Positions 1 through 8,263 of a stretch of 64,000 nt of DNA are shown one piece after another. Made by a program: the position numbers and the translations under genes. Numbering within the stretch: position 1 is the stretch's first letter; the number at the start of each line of letters is the position of its first letter. The notes beneath the pieces are model-generated. The model saw nothing but the letters and a program-made list of their open reading frames with translations. It ran no database searches and had not been told where the DNA came from. The stretch is taken from IMG/VR virus record IMGVR_UViG_3300032245_001860, positions 62,001 to 126,000 of that record. One strand, written 5' to 3'.

Positions 1-626
1 AAAACATTTCTCCAAGCAGATGAAATAACTATAGTAGGATTTACTTCTTCAACTATTTGATTTAATAGTTTGATTTTATCTTTTTGAATATATTTTGAAA
101 GTTTGCCTTGATCAAAATCTTCTGGATGTTTCATTATATGTAAATGCGGATCTGTATTTAAAACTCCATCACAATCCAAGAATAACATTTTTGTTTGAGA
201 TGCATAAAGTTTAGAAACAGCTTCTAAAATATGTTTTTTGCCATCCCATAAAATTTCAGGAAGATCATTTACATCAAACCATTTTAAAGCTTCACAATCA
301 CTATCAGCTACTGGCTCTTTGTCATCTTTGTATTTGTAAGCATAAATATCGCAAAATCTTCCGTCTGATTCTGATTTGAACGATTTTTCAATTGTGTGTA
401 GTTTTTTCTTTTTAAGCTTAAGATGAGTTTCTTCTTTGATTTCTCTGACAGCTGCTGATTCTGATGACTCTCCTGATTCTATTTTTCCACCAGGTATTGC
501 ATATTTTGTTGAAGTTTTTTGCTCTAATAAAACTTCAACTTTGTCATCTTCTTTTCTAAATACAATAACACAAGCTACTGATTTGCTGTCACTCATTGTT
601 CCACTTTGAGCTATTTTGTACCACAT
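1..626 (-). CDS. MWYK-tagged NUDIX hydrolase fused to a HAD (HAD_SAK_2-like) domain; runs off the window edge and is absent from the ORF track
   Basis: Manual translation from ATG at 626: MWYKIAQSGTMSDSKSVACVIVF...IPGGKIESGESSESAAVREIKEETHL (Nudix box GX5EX7REUXEE), then MLFLDCDGVLN...IVISSAWR (HAD DxDGV motif I and SSxWR). Confidence 0.85.
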   Translation of the reverse strand, partial: MWYKIAQSGTMSDSKSVACVIVFRKEDDKVEVLLEQKTSTKYAIPGGKIESGESSESAAVREIKEETHLKLKKKKLHTIEKSFKSESDGRFCDIYAYKYKDDKEPVADSDCEALKWFDVNDLPEILWDGKKHILEAVSKLYASQTKMLFLDCDGVLNTDPHLHIMKHPEDFDQGKLSKYIQKDKIKLLNQIVEEVNPTIVISSAWRNV

Positions 627-635
627 GCTAATTTT

Positions 636-661
636 ATTCTGCCTTACTTGCTTTTTTTCTT
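636..661 (-). promoter_or_regulatory. candidate SigH-like late promoter AAGA-N17-AGAAT
   Basis: Same spacing as the AGGA-N17-AGAAW motif upstream of other tagged genes; 9 nt before the ATG at 626. Confidence 0.45.
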
Positions 662-696
662 GTTATTGTGTATTATCTAATTTGAGGTGATATAAA

Positions 697-1305
697 ATGT
701 TTGTACCAGAAAGCAGATCCTGGAAAGAATTGTTTGTTTATGAAAGCAATTTGATAGATCCACAACCAGGCTATATAGGAAACTCTCCTGGTTGTCCGAT
801 GTTTGAAAATCACATGAATGCTATTAATTTTTGCCTAAGTAATGGCTGGGAGTTAAATGAAAATACTCCACTTGACATACATAGATTTTTAACTCGTGGC
901 ATACCTTTTTTTGAAGATCATAATTCATCAGGTAAATATAGAACAGTGGATGTTTGGATTGGCCATGATTTATGTCCTAATCCTATTTTAATTCCTAATC
1001 TTATGAATCAATGGTTTAAGATTACCAATAAAATGATGAATAGTTTTATTAACAAATGTGGCAATGAATCAGAAGCTCGTAAAATAGCTTGGATTTCGCA
1101 TCATATTTTTGAAACCATACATCCTTTTATAGATGGGAATGGAAGAACTGGTAGGCTTTTATTGGCCAAAATTTTACATGATTTAGGTCATGATCCAATT
1201 GTTGTAAGATTTGATGATAGATTTGAATATTATGATGCTATTCAAAGTTTTAGAGATCAATATTGGACTGGCAAGCAATTCATAATTACTGACTTCGAAA
1301 TGTAA
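697..1305 (+). CDS. Fic/Doc family protein (AMPylase-like)
   Basis: Intact Fic motif HPFIDGNGRTGR; GAGGTG RBS upstream. Confidence 0.9.
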   Translation: MFVPESRSWKELFVYESNLIDPQPGYIGNSPGCPMFENHMNAINFCLSNGWELNENTPLDIHRFLTRGIPFFEDHNSSGKYRTVDVWIGHDLCPNPILIPNLMNQWFKITNKMMNSFINKCGNESEARKIAWISHHIFETIHPFIDGNGRTGRLLLAKILHDLGHDPIVVRFDDRFEYYDAIQSFRDQYWTGKQFIITDFEM

Positions 1306-1332
1306 AAAACCGGGGTTTTTCCCCGGTTTTTT
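1304..1332. terminator. bidirectional intrinsic terminator
   Basis: aaaaaaccgggg-ttttt-ccccggtttttt between convergent genes. Confidence 0.85.
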
Positions 1333-2407
1333 ATAAGATTCTTACTGGTCCTGAAGATAAGTTGCTTGATGGTGTGCTTGGTGAAGAAATATTTTCATTT
1401 TCATTTTTTTCACCACCTGTAAAATCTTTTACTTTATCTTTGACAAATTTACCAGCTGTTCCAATTTTTTCTTCAATAGCTTGTACTAAATTTTCAAGCA
1501 TACCCTTGTCTTTATTGTCAAGATTCATTTTTTCAATTTCTTTTAATAGTTCAGAAGATTTTTCCACAAGTGTATTTGCAAGATTAATATCTATTTGCTC
1601 TAATGCATCTGACATTTTAGATATTTTATAAGATAAATCTTTTGATTGGAGATAAGCTTTTCCAGTGTTAGAAATATTTCTATACCAAAGATCTTCAGCG
1701 CCTTTTGTAAGTACATTTCCAGCCCCACCAGTTAGACTTCCAACTAATGCTCCAATTGGTCCACCTATAACACCACCAGCTGCACCCCCTGCTAAAGCAC
1801 CAGTAAAAAACTCTCTTAAGTAACCCGGCATTTCTTCTTCAATATTTCCTCTTATTGCCAGTTTTTGAGTTTTTGCATTGTAAACTTTTCTGAAATTAAT
1901 ATTACAAGCAGTTTTTACTGTTTCTTTGCCTTCATCAAACTTTTTCATTCCTTCTTTTGCCAATTCTTTAATTTGATCTGTAAGTTGAGAAACTGTTGGT
2001 GATGGTATTAATTTATTAATTACAACAAGAATTTTATCTAAATCAGTTTTATTTGATTGATAGACTTTATATGGGCCCTGTGAAGATTCAAAGAAATCTA
2101 AGGCATAATTTGCACCCATATCAACAAGCCAACCTACTCCGAAACCCTTAAGAGCAGACCCAGGATTAACTTTCACTTTGGTGGGAAATTTCTTAACCAA
2201 TTCTTCTGTTAATTTTTTGCCCCCAGCTAATTCCAAAGCTCTGTCTGCAGCTTCATCGCCAACTATTCTTTCTCCAGTTTCAATTTGAGCAGGAGTTTGA
2301 GCAAGCTTTATGTATTCTTTATTTAATAAATAAGCTTCAAGGTGATATTCTTGTGCATCCAAGTCATCAATAAGTTTTGCTAATTTTATAAGTTGTTCGT
2401 TTTTCAT
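1331..2407 (-). CDS. hypothetical protein with N-terminal KLA tag and glycine zipper; putative virion/ejection protein
   Basis: 358 aa; starts MKNEQLIKLAKLIDDLDAQEYHLEAYLLNKEYIKLAQ; GALAGGAAGGVIGGPIGALVG glycine zipper. Confidence 0.6.
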   Translation of the reverse strand: MKNEQLIKLAKLIDDLDAQEYHLEAYLLNKEYIKLAQTPAQIETGERIVGDEAADRALELAGGKKLTEELVKKFPTKVKVNPGSALKGFGVGWLVDMGANYALDFFESSQGPYKVYQSNKTDLDKILVVINKLIPSPTVSQLTDQIKELAKEGMKKFDEGKETVKTACNINFRKVYNAKTQKLAIRGNIEEEMPGYLREFFTGALAGGAAGGVIGGPIGALVGSLTGGAGNVLTKGAEDLWYRNISNTGKAYLQSKDLSYKISKMSDALEQIDINLANTLVEKSSELLKEIEKMNLDNKDKGMLENLVQAIEEKIGTAGKFVKDKVKDFTGGEKNENENISSPSTPSSNLSSGPVRIL

Positions 2408-2410
2408 ATC

Positions 2411-3661
2411 TTAAAACATCTGAATGAATTTATTTATTATAGTAGTTTGATCATTAATTGGAACATTGTCTGCTTGCAATTTGTGTTTCAATTCACTTAA
2501 TGATTTATTATAGTTTTTAGTTCTTGTGTAAAGTGAATATCCATAACCCAAATACATCTTGATATCTGTAGGTTTATTTATTGTTTGTACTGGCGCTTTA
2601 CTTGACATTTGATCTGAAGTTTGTTTAGATAAATTTGTTGGCTTAGACTTTGGCTTCAATAATGATTTTTGTAACTCTTTCTTAAGTGCTCCAACAAATT
2701 GCATAAACTGCATATATTTAAATTGATTTTCAGAACTTGTAGGATTTCTCAACCAGACATATTTTTTAGTAAGGTTAGGATTATTCAATATTTCTCTATT
2801 TGAGATAAATTTATTTTGTTGCATGATTGGCTGCAAATCATTTATGGCTTTTTTTACATCGGGATCTGCAGATGCTAATAACTGATCTATATTTGCTGAT
2901 AATGAATAGTCATTCTCAGCAATTTGTGTCTTGAAATCATCTTTTTCACCAGTATATCTCAGATAAGAATCAATGCCTTGTCTCCCAAGAGAAGACAAAC
3001 TTGCTGTTGCATATAATGCACCACCAATGCCTTTAGTGATAGGAAGAGGAATAGAAACTAAAACAGCTGCAATTGCAAGTAAACAAACTTCTATAAACTT
3101 AGCTCTTTCTTCTGCATCATTCCAAATTTGATTAAACTTACCAGCAGATATCAAGTCTATATATTTTGCAATATCTTTTCTTGACTGATAGAGATTAATT
3201 ACAATTCCCAGCAAAGGTAAGAATTTTACAAATCTTGCAAGTCCTGGAATTTTTGTAGCAATTTTTGCTAAGAATCCCTCAGCTTCTGCAGCTTTGGGAC
3301 TTTTTTTAGCAATATCAGCAAAAGTCTTTAATTTTGAAAGATGTTCACGAGCATCTGCTGCACTTCCAGCTGCATCCAATACATCAAATCCTGCGAATGC
3401 TCCTGCTTCTATAGCACCTTTTGCTCCTGATGATAGATTACTTTTTTGCAGATAATTAAAAGGCATTTTGATAGCATTGCCAATTGCTGTTTCTGCAATA
3501 TCATCATTCTGAATCCATTTTTGATTACTTAGTCCCAAACCATTATTTGCTGCAAATCTTTTGTTGACTAATTTCTCATAGAAATCAGCTTGTTCATAAA
3601 ATCCGTAGGAATCACACAATTCCGCATAGGATATACAATTTTGGGCAGAAAGTCTAATCAT
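2411..3661 (-). CDS. hypothetical protein with tag-like N-terminus and hydrophobic helices; putative virion/ejection protein
   Basis: 416 aa; AELCDSYGFYEQADFYEKLVNKRFAA resembles the tag of 8264-9616; hydrophobic segments FLPLLGIVINL and CLLAIAAVLVSIPL. Confidence 0.6.
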   Translation of the reverse strand: MIRLSAQNCISYAELCDSYGFYEQADFYEKLVNKRFAANNGLGLSNQKWIQNDDIAETAIGNAIKMPFNYLQKSNLSSGAKGAIEAGAFAGFDVLDAAGSAADAREHLSKLKTFADIAKKSPKAAEAEGFLAKIATKIPGLARFVKFLPLLGIVINLYQSRKDIAKYIDLISAGKFNQIWNDAEERAKFIEVCLLAIAAVLVSIPLPITKGIGGALYATASLSSLGRQGIDSYLRYTGEKDDFKTQIAENDYSLSANIDQLLASADPDVKKAINDLQPIMQQNKFISNREILNNPNLTKKYVWLRNPTSSENQFKYMQFMQFVGALKKELQKSLLKPKSKPTNLSKQTSDQMSSKAPVQTINKPTDIKMYLGYGYSLYTRTKNYNKSLSELKHKLQADNVPINDQTTIINKFIQMF

Positions 3662-3673
3662 AATATTTCAAAT

Positions 3674-3699
3674 ATTATAAAAATAATTGCTTGGAACCT
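3674..3699 (-). promoter_or_regulatory. candidate late promoter AGGT-N17-ATAAT
   Basis: Variant of the AGGA-N17-AGAAW motif upstream of the 3661 start. Confidence 0.4.
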
Positions 3700-3704
3700 T
3701 CAAA

Positions 3705-4166
3705 ATGACACAAAGAGATGCATACGAGTTGTTTTTTCCTTTGATAGAAAATTCAGGAAAAACATTTCACAAATCTTCATTAGTTTATGCAGAATTGGCT
3801 AAGGGTGGAGAGTTTATTGAAACTTGGACTAATGATGGACTGGAAACAACTAATTATGCAAACGCTGGAGATTTTATTGTCCAAAATCTACAAACAGAAA
3901 ATCTCGAAAAATATGTTGTGCCACCTGATATGTTTAAGTCAAGGTATAAGTTTTTTTACTGGCACGATAATGGAGCTATCTGTATACCTTTAGGGAAAGT
4001 TAGAGCTATACAATATATTGGTGAAGATACACAGTTCATTGCTAAATGGGGCAGATTGATGATTTTAAAGACTGGTGATTTTATTGTATCTCCAGCGCCA
4101 GATTTTCAAGAAGTATATAGAATAGCAAGAAAAGAATTTTTTGAAACTTATGAGGAAGATTTGTAA
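3705..4166 (+). CDS. hypothetical protein, PGDYG-like, with two internal repeats
   Basis: Repeats NAGDFIV...EKYVVPPDMFKSRY and KTGDFIV...EVYRIARKEFFETY; ATG at 3705 preferred to TTG at 3687. Confidence 0.6.
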   Translation: MTQRDAYELFFPLIENSGKTFHKSSLVYAELAKGGEFIETWTNDGLETTNYANAGDFIVQNLQTENLEKYVVPPDMFKSRYKFFYWHDNGAICIPLGKVRAIQYIGEDTQFIAKWGRLMILKTGDFIVSPAPDFQEVYRIARKEFFETYEEDL

Positions 4167-5254
4167 TGTGGTACAAAACAGCTAAATATGGCTATATTGA
4201 TGTCCAAAAATATTTTGAAGAACAATTAGGATATGAATTAAATTTCAAAATTGAAGATTATTTAGAATATATAATAAAAAAATCTTCCAAAATTGTTCAT
4301 GGTATGATGCGCATTGATTTTGATAAATTGAATAATGAACTTCAAAATTCTCCTCTTAATTTCTTAATCAAAAGATTCGGATCTATGGAAGAATTGACTG
4401 AAGGTAATAGAGAAGGTATTGGTGCTTGGATACCATCTATGAAATATTTACTTCTAATACCTCAATTTCCAGCACAAGTTTTATTTAAAATTGTTGATGT
4501 AGCTATGCACGAACTTGCACATGCTCTGGATAAAAGAGCAGGAAAATACCCAGATGATAAATATTTTCTTATACATTTCAAAGCATTAGCTCCAATTATC
4601 ACACAGTATATGACACAGTTTTATAATGATAAAAAACAATTACTTTCAAGAGAACAAGTTTGGGATATTTTTCTAAATCTTATTGTGAAAGATATGAATA
4701 TTCCAGACGACAACAAACCTTTAAGAGAATTCCAAAGGACATTTACTGAATCTCTATGGTCGCAGAAAAAAGATGAGATATTGGATCATATTTTTGCTAT
4801 CGTAAGTAATAATCTAACTGACGATGATTCAATGGAAGAATTTTTACTCAGAGAATATTATAACTTGCCTGTAGAAGCACCAGCACAATTAAACTCATTG
4901 TATAGAGAATCATTGCCTCAGAGATTATTAGAATCTGCATTTCTTGCATATATCTCACATATATATTCTCCAAACCTAATACAAAAACTCAATCTTGATC
5001 CTAATGAAAGAAACCCTGAAGTAATTTTCAAAAAATTACAAGAAATGATTCCTGGTTTTGTGAATGCTGAAATGAAAGAAGATTTTATCAACTACATAAG
5101 GATAGAAATTTTTGATGATGTTGATAATTCTAATATATTAATTGATGGAAAAAATTTCTTGAAATCAATTAGAAAGAAACACATAAGAAGACAAGCTTAT
5201 AAAATCTTAAATGAAAATTTTGCAGAGTTTAAAAAATTAGTAGAAGCTTTGTAA
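4166..5254 (+). CDS. MWYK-tagged zincin-like metallopeptidase domain protein
   Basis: N-terminus MWYKTAK; HELAHALD (HExxH) plus downstream YYNLPVEAPA with a candidate third-ligand Glu. Confidence 0.65.
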   Translation: MWYKTAKYGYIDVQKYFEEQLGYELNFKIEDYLEYIIKKSSKIVHGMMRIDFDKLNNELQNSPLNFLIKRFGSMEELTEGNREGIGAWIPSMKYLLLIPQFPAQVLFKIVDVAMHELAHALDKRAGKYPDDKYFLIHFKALAPIITQYMTQFYNDKKQLLSREQVWDIFLNLIVKDMNIPDDNKPLREFQRTFTESLWSQKKDEILDHIFAIVSNNLTDDDSMEEFLLREYYNLPVEAPAQLNSLYRESLPQRLLESAFLAYISHIYSPNLIQKLNLDPNERNPEVIFKKLQEMIPGFVNAEMKEDFINYIRIEIFDDVDNSNILIDGKNFLKSIRKKHIRRQAYKILNENFAEFKKLVEAL

Positions 5255-5263
5255 AATATATAT

Positions 5264-5803
5264 ATGAGTTATAAAGTTCTGACATTTGAACCTAAAAAGT
5301 ATGAAAAACAAGCAAATCCTATTTTATGGAAAGCTCAAATGTTTCCGCCTTCTGAGTATCAATCTGTTGGTGTAACTTTACTAAATGATAATATTGAAGT
5401 TAATAATAGGCGCACAGAAGAAGAATGGGAAAGTCTTCTTACAGATAATGGCTTCAAATATGAATTGAATTATGACCATGAATATTGCAAAGAGTTCATT
5501 ATATTTGATACATCCTGTGTAGCTTTTTCATTTCAAATTTTTGCTTGTGATATTGATGTTTCAAATTATATGGTTCAAATAGCATCTGAATATATTCTTC
5601 CTACTTTATATATTTTAAATTTAGAAAAAGAAGGAAACATATTTCCTCAAGCTTTACTAAAAAGAATTGAAGAAGCAAACTCATCTTTGCCAAACAATAG
5701 AGTCAATAAAGATATGCTTAGAATATTGAAATCAATCGAAAAGTTAGCAGAAGAATGTCAACTTTATGAAGTAGATATTCACTACAAGCTACACAACAAT
5801 TAA
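5264..5803 (+). CDS. hypothetical protein
   Basis: 179 aa ORF; TAAAAT 6 nt before the ATG (leaderless). Confidence 0.7.
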   Translation: MSYKVLTFEPKKYEKQANPILWKAQMFPPSEYQSVGVTLLNDNIEVNNRRTEEEWESLLTDNGFKYELNYDHEYCKEFIIFDTSCVAFSFQIFACDIDVSNYMVQIASEYILPTLYILNLEKEGNIFPQALLKRIEEANSSLPNNRVNKDMLRILKSIEKLAEECQLYEVDIHYKLHNN

Positions 5804-5822
5804 TTCTATGTATAATAGAGAT

Positions 5823-6731
5823 ATGAAAATTCTTTATATCTCTCCAAATCAGAGAACTCAGCAATTTCCTTGGCTTATTGATTATCAAAATGACAGCCTT
5901 TTGTGCGGTCTTAAAGAATTGTATGGCGATGATGTAGTAGATTGTAACAAGAAATATAATCTTTACACAGATTATTCTGATGATGATGTCAATACAGAGT
6001 ATGGACGTGGGTTTACTTTTACCCGTTTATTAGATTCTGATAATGCTGATAGAGAAGATATTAGAAAGAAAATTGTAAATAAGTTTTTTGATTTAGTTGT
6101 TTATGGTAGTATTTGGCGTTGTCAAGACTACTTGGAGCTTGTTCAAGAACATTATGATTTCAACAAAATCATCATGGTAGATGGTGAAGATTCTCCAAAG
6201 TTCAATGAAGCTATCAAACTCAAAGGACTATATTTCAAGCGTGAACTGTTATTTGAACATAACCAAGAATTTCAAGAGCATTTCTGGAAGGTAAGTCCAA
6301 TCCAATTTGCCTTTCCTACAATGAAGGTCAACCCTGCTGCGAAGAAAGAGCGAAAGCTTGCTCACAGTGATCCAAGAGACAGAAAAACATATATTTTTGA
6401 AAAAGAATATGAATATTATCAAGACTATCAATTTTCGAAGTTTGCAATCACTATGCAAAAAGCTGGTTGGGATGCACTAAGGCATTATGAGATTATGGGT
6501 AATGGCTGCGTTCCACTATTCATTAATCTTCCTAATGCCCCAAGATACTGTATGTACAGATTTCCAAAAGCACTACTTACAAAGATGTTATTCTTTTATG
6601 AGTTTGATACAAAGTGGCTTGACAAGATGTACGATGAGTATTCGAATGACTTGAATGAACACTTCTTGAAGTTCAATACTACTAAAGCAAATGCTTCATT
6701 CTTCTTAAAAGATATTAGGAACTACAAATAA
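5823..6731 (+). CDS. putative glycosyltransferase (GT-B C-terminal-like)
   Basis: YQFSKFAITMQKAGWDALRHYEIMGNGCVP resembles the C-terminal GT1/exostosin-like motif; TATAAT 6 nt before ATG 5823 suggests the start MKILY. Confidence 0.65.
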   Translation: MKILYISPNQRTQQFPWLIDYQNDSLLCGLKELYGDDVVDCNKKYNLYTDYSDDDVNTEYGRGFTFTRLLDSDNADREDIRKKIVNKFFDLVVYGSIWRCQDYLELVQEHYDFNKIIMVDGEDSPKFNEAIKLKGLYFKRELLFEHNQEFQEHFWKVSPIQFAFPTMKVNPAAKKERKLAHSDPRDRKTYIFEKEYEYYQDYQFSKFAITMQKAGWDALRHYEIMGNGCVPLFINLPNAPRYCMYRFPKALLTKMLFFYEFDTKWLDKMYDEYSNDLNEHFLKFNTTKANASFFLKDIRNYK

Positions 6732-6757
6732 AAAATCCCCCATAAGGGGGATTTTTT
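6730..6757. terminator. bidirectional intrinsic terminator
   Basis: aaaaaatccccc-ataa-gggggatttttt between convergent genes. Confidence 0.85.
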
Positions 6758-7463
6758 ATTTAAACTTGTGTTGCCATTTTTCCATAAAATTCTTTTCAAG
6801 CCCAAAAGTATGTTTGTAATATTGCTTTGACTCTGCAAGAATCTTATGACTTGATTGTCCAAAGTGATCTACATGAGATGCTGCTACCAATGCATGTTTA
6901 GATCCTTTTTCTTCTAACCTCATTGTAATATCATTGTCTTGATAGAAAAATGAAAATTGCTCATCTAATGGAAATAACCATTCTCTTACTGACTTCTTCA
7001 TAGCCCAAAACCAACCGCAGAAATGATAAGCAATCATATATCCCTCAACAACTTTATTGTTAGGTGTAAATCTGTGCTTCATTTCAACTTGCGGAATAAT
7101 ACCAACTTGTTCTCTTGGAGATCTTGGTGAAGCAGTGTCTAAATTGTGCTTTACCATAGCATCTCTAAGCTTTTCCCACCACCCCTCATGAAAATGAACA
7201 TCATTATTTGAAACAGCAGAATAATCACACACACAATGTTTTACTGCTTCATTTAAGTACACATTGTAATTGAAAGATTGTTCTGGCTTCAAGTAAAGAT
7301 CAACAGGGAATTCATAAGAAGTGTCTTTATTTGACTCAACTAAAATGATATTGTAAAGATCTTCTTTAGATGATTTTCTTAAACTATTCACTGCATCCAA
7401 AGTCATACGGTAAATATCATTATTTGCTGTATTTGTAAGCATAATAATATCAACTTGTTTCAT
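6756..7463 (-). CDS. glycosyltransferase family 2
   Basis: VDIIMLT...IILVES...FNYNVYLN...SNNDVHF...PLDEQFSFFYQDND...VDHFGQSS GT-A motifs. Confidence 0.8.
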   Translation of the reverse strand: MKQVDIIMLTNTANNDIYRMTLDAVNSLRKSSKEDLYNIILVESNKDTSYEFPVDLYLKPEQSFNYNVYLNEAVKHCVCDYSAVSNNDVHFHEGWWEKLRDAMVKHNLDTASPRSPREQVGIIPQVEMKHRFTPNNKVVEGYMIAYHFCGWFWAMKKSVREWLFPLDEQFSFFYQDNDITMRLEEKGSKHALVAASHVDHFGQSSHKILAESKQYYKHTFGLEKNFMEKWQHKFK

Positions 7464-8182
7464 TATTCTATCTCCATAAAGGACATGTCATGTCCTGCCC
7501 ATTTTTTATCTAATGCTCTTTTTGTCGAAATAAGGTTTTCCATTTTTCCACCTTCTATGAAAGCAGAAGATTTGTTCCCTAAATGTTCAACCTTAGACCC
7601 GGCAACAAATCCATGTTTGACATTTTTTTGTTTTAAGACCATAATCAAATCAATATCTTGATGATAATGTGAAAATTGTTCATCTAAAGGAAACAACCAA
7701 TTTCTCACTTCTTCCGTAATTGTAAAACACCAACCAGCAAATGAATATCTTTTCAATTCCAATTTTGTAATTGCGTCTGGTGTATACATATGTTTAAAAT
7801 ATTCTTTTTGATTATTGTGAGGCTGCAAAGGTGCTGTAGATTTAGGTGAAGCTACGTCTAAATTGTGCTTTTCAATTGCTTGATGCAGTTTTGTCCACCA
7901 ATTTTTGGAAAATACAATGTCGTTATTAGAAATACATGTGTATTTAGATTTTGCAAATTCAATTCCTATATTTAGATATGCATTATAGTTAAAAGGAAAA
8001 TCAGGCTTTATGAAATGGTCAACATCATACACATAATTACTGTTTGCGTTTGATTCTAATAAGATAATATTTACATTTTCCAAACCATCTGATTTTCTTA
8101 AGCTACTTATTGTATTCAAAGTCATTTGGTAAATAGAATCATCTGCTGTATTTGTAAGCATTATTACATCTAAAATGGACAA
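7463..8182 (-). CDS. glycosyltransferase family 2, tandem paralog of 6756-7463
   Basis: Shares MLTNTA, FNYNAYLN, SNNDIVF and WLFPLDEQFS with its neighbour; likely TTG start at 8182 with GAGG RBS. Confidence 0.8.
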   Translation of the reverse strand: MSILDVIMLTNTADDSIYQMTLNTISSLRKSDGLENVNIILLESNANSNYVYDVDHFIKPDFPFNYNAYLNIGIEFAKSKYTCISNNDIVFSKNWWTKLHQAIEKHNLDVASPKSTAPLQPHNNQKEYFKHMYTPDAITKLELKRYSFAGWCFTITEEVRNWLFPLDEQFSHYHQDIDLIMVLKQKNVKHGFVAGSKVEHLGNKSSAFIEGGKMENLISTKRALDKKWAGHDMSFMEIE

Positions 8183-8216
8183 AATTGATACCTCTAAATA
8201 AGTTATACCAAAATAA

Positions 8217-8245
8217 AAAAAGATCTTCAATAAGAAGATCTTTTT
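8217..8245 (-). terminator. intrinsic terminator
   Basis: aaaaagatcttc-aataa-gaagatcttttt just downstream of 8264-9616. Confidence 0.7.
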
Positions 8246-8263
8246 ATGATGAGTGGAAAAAAC

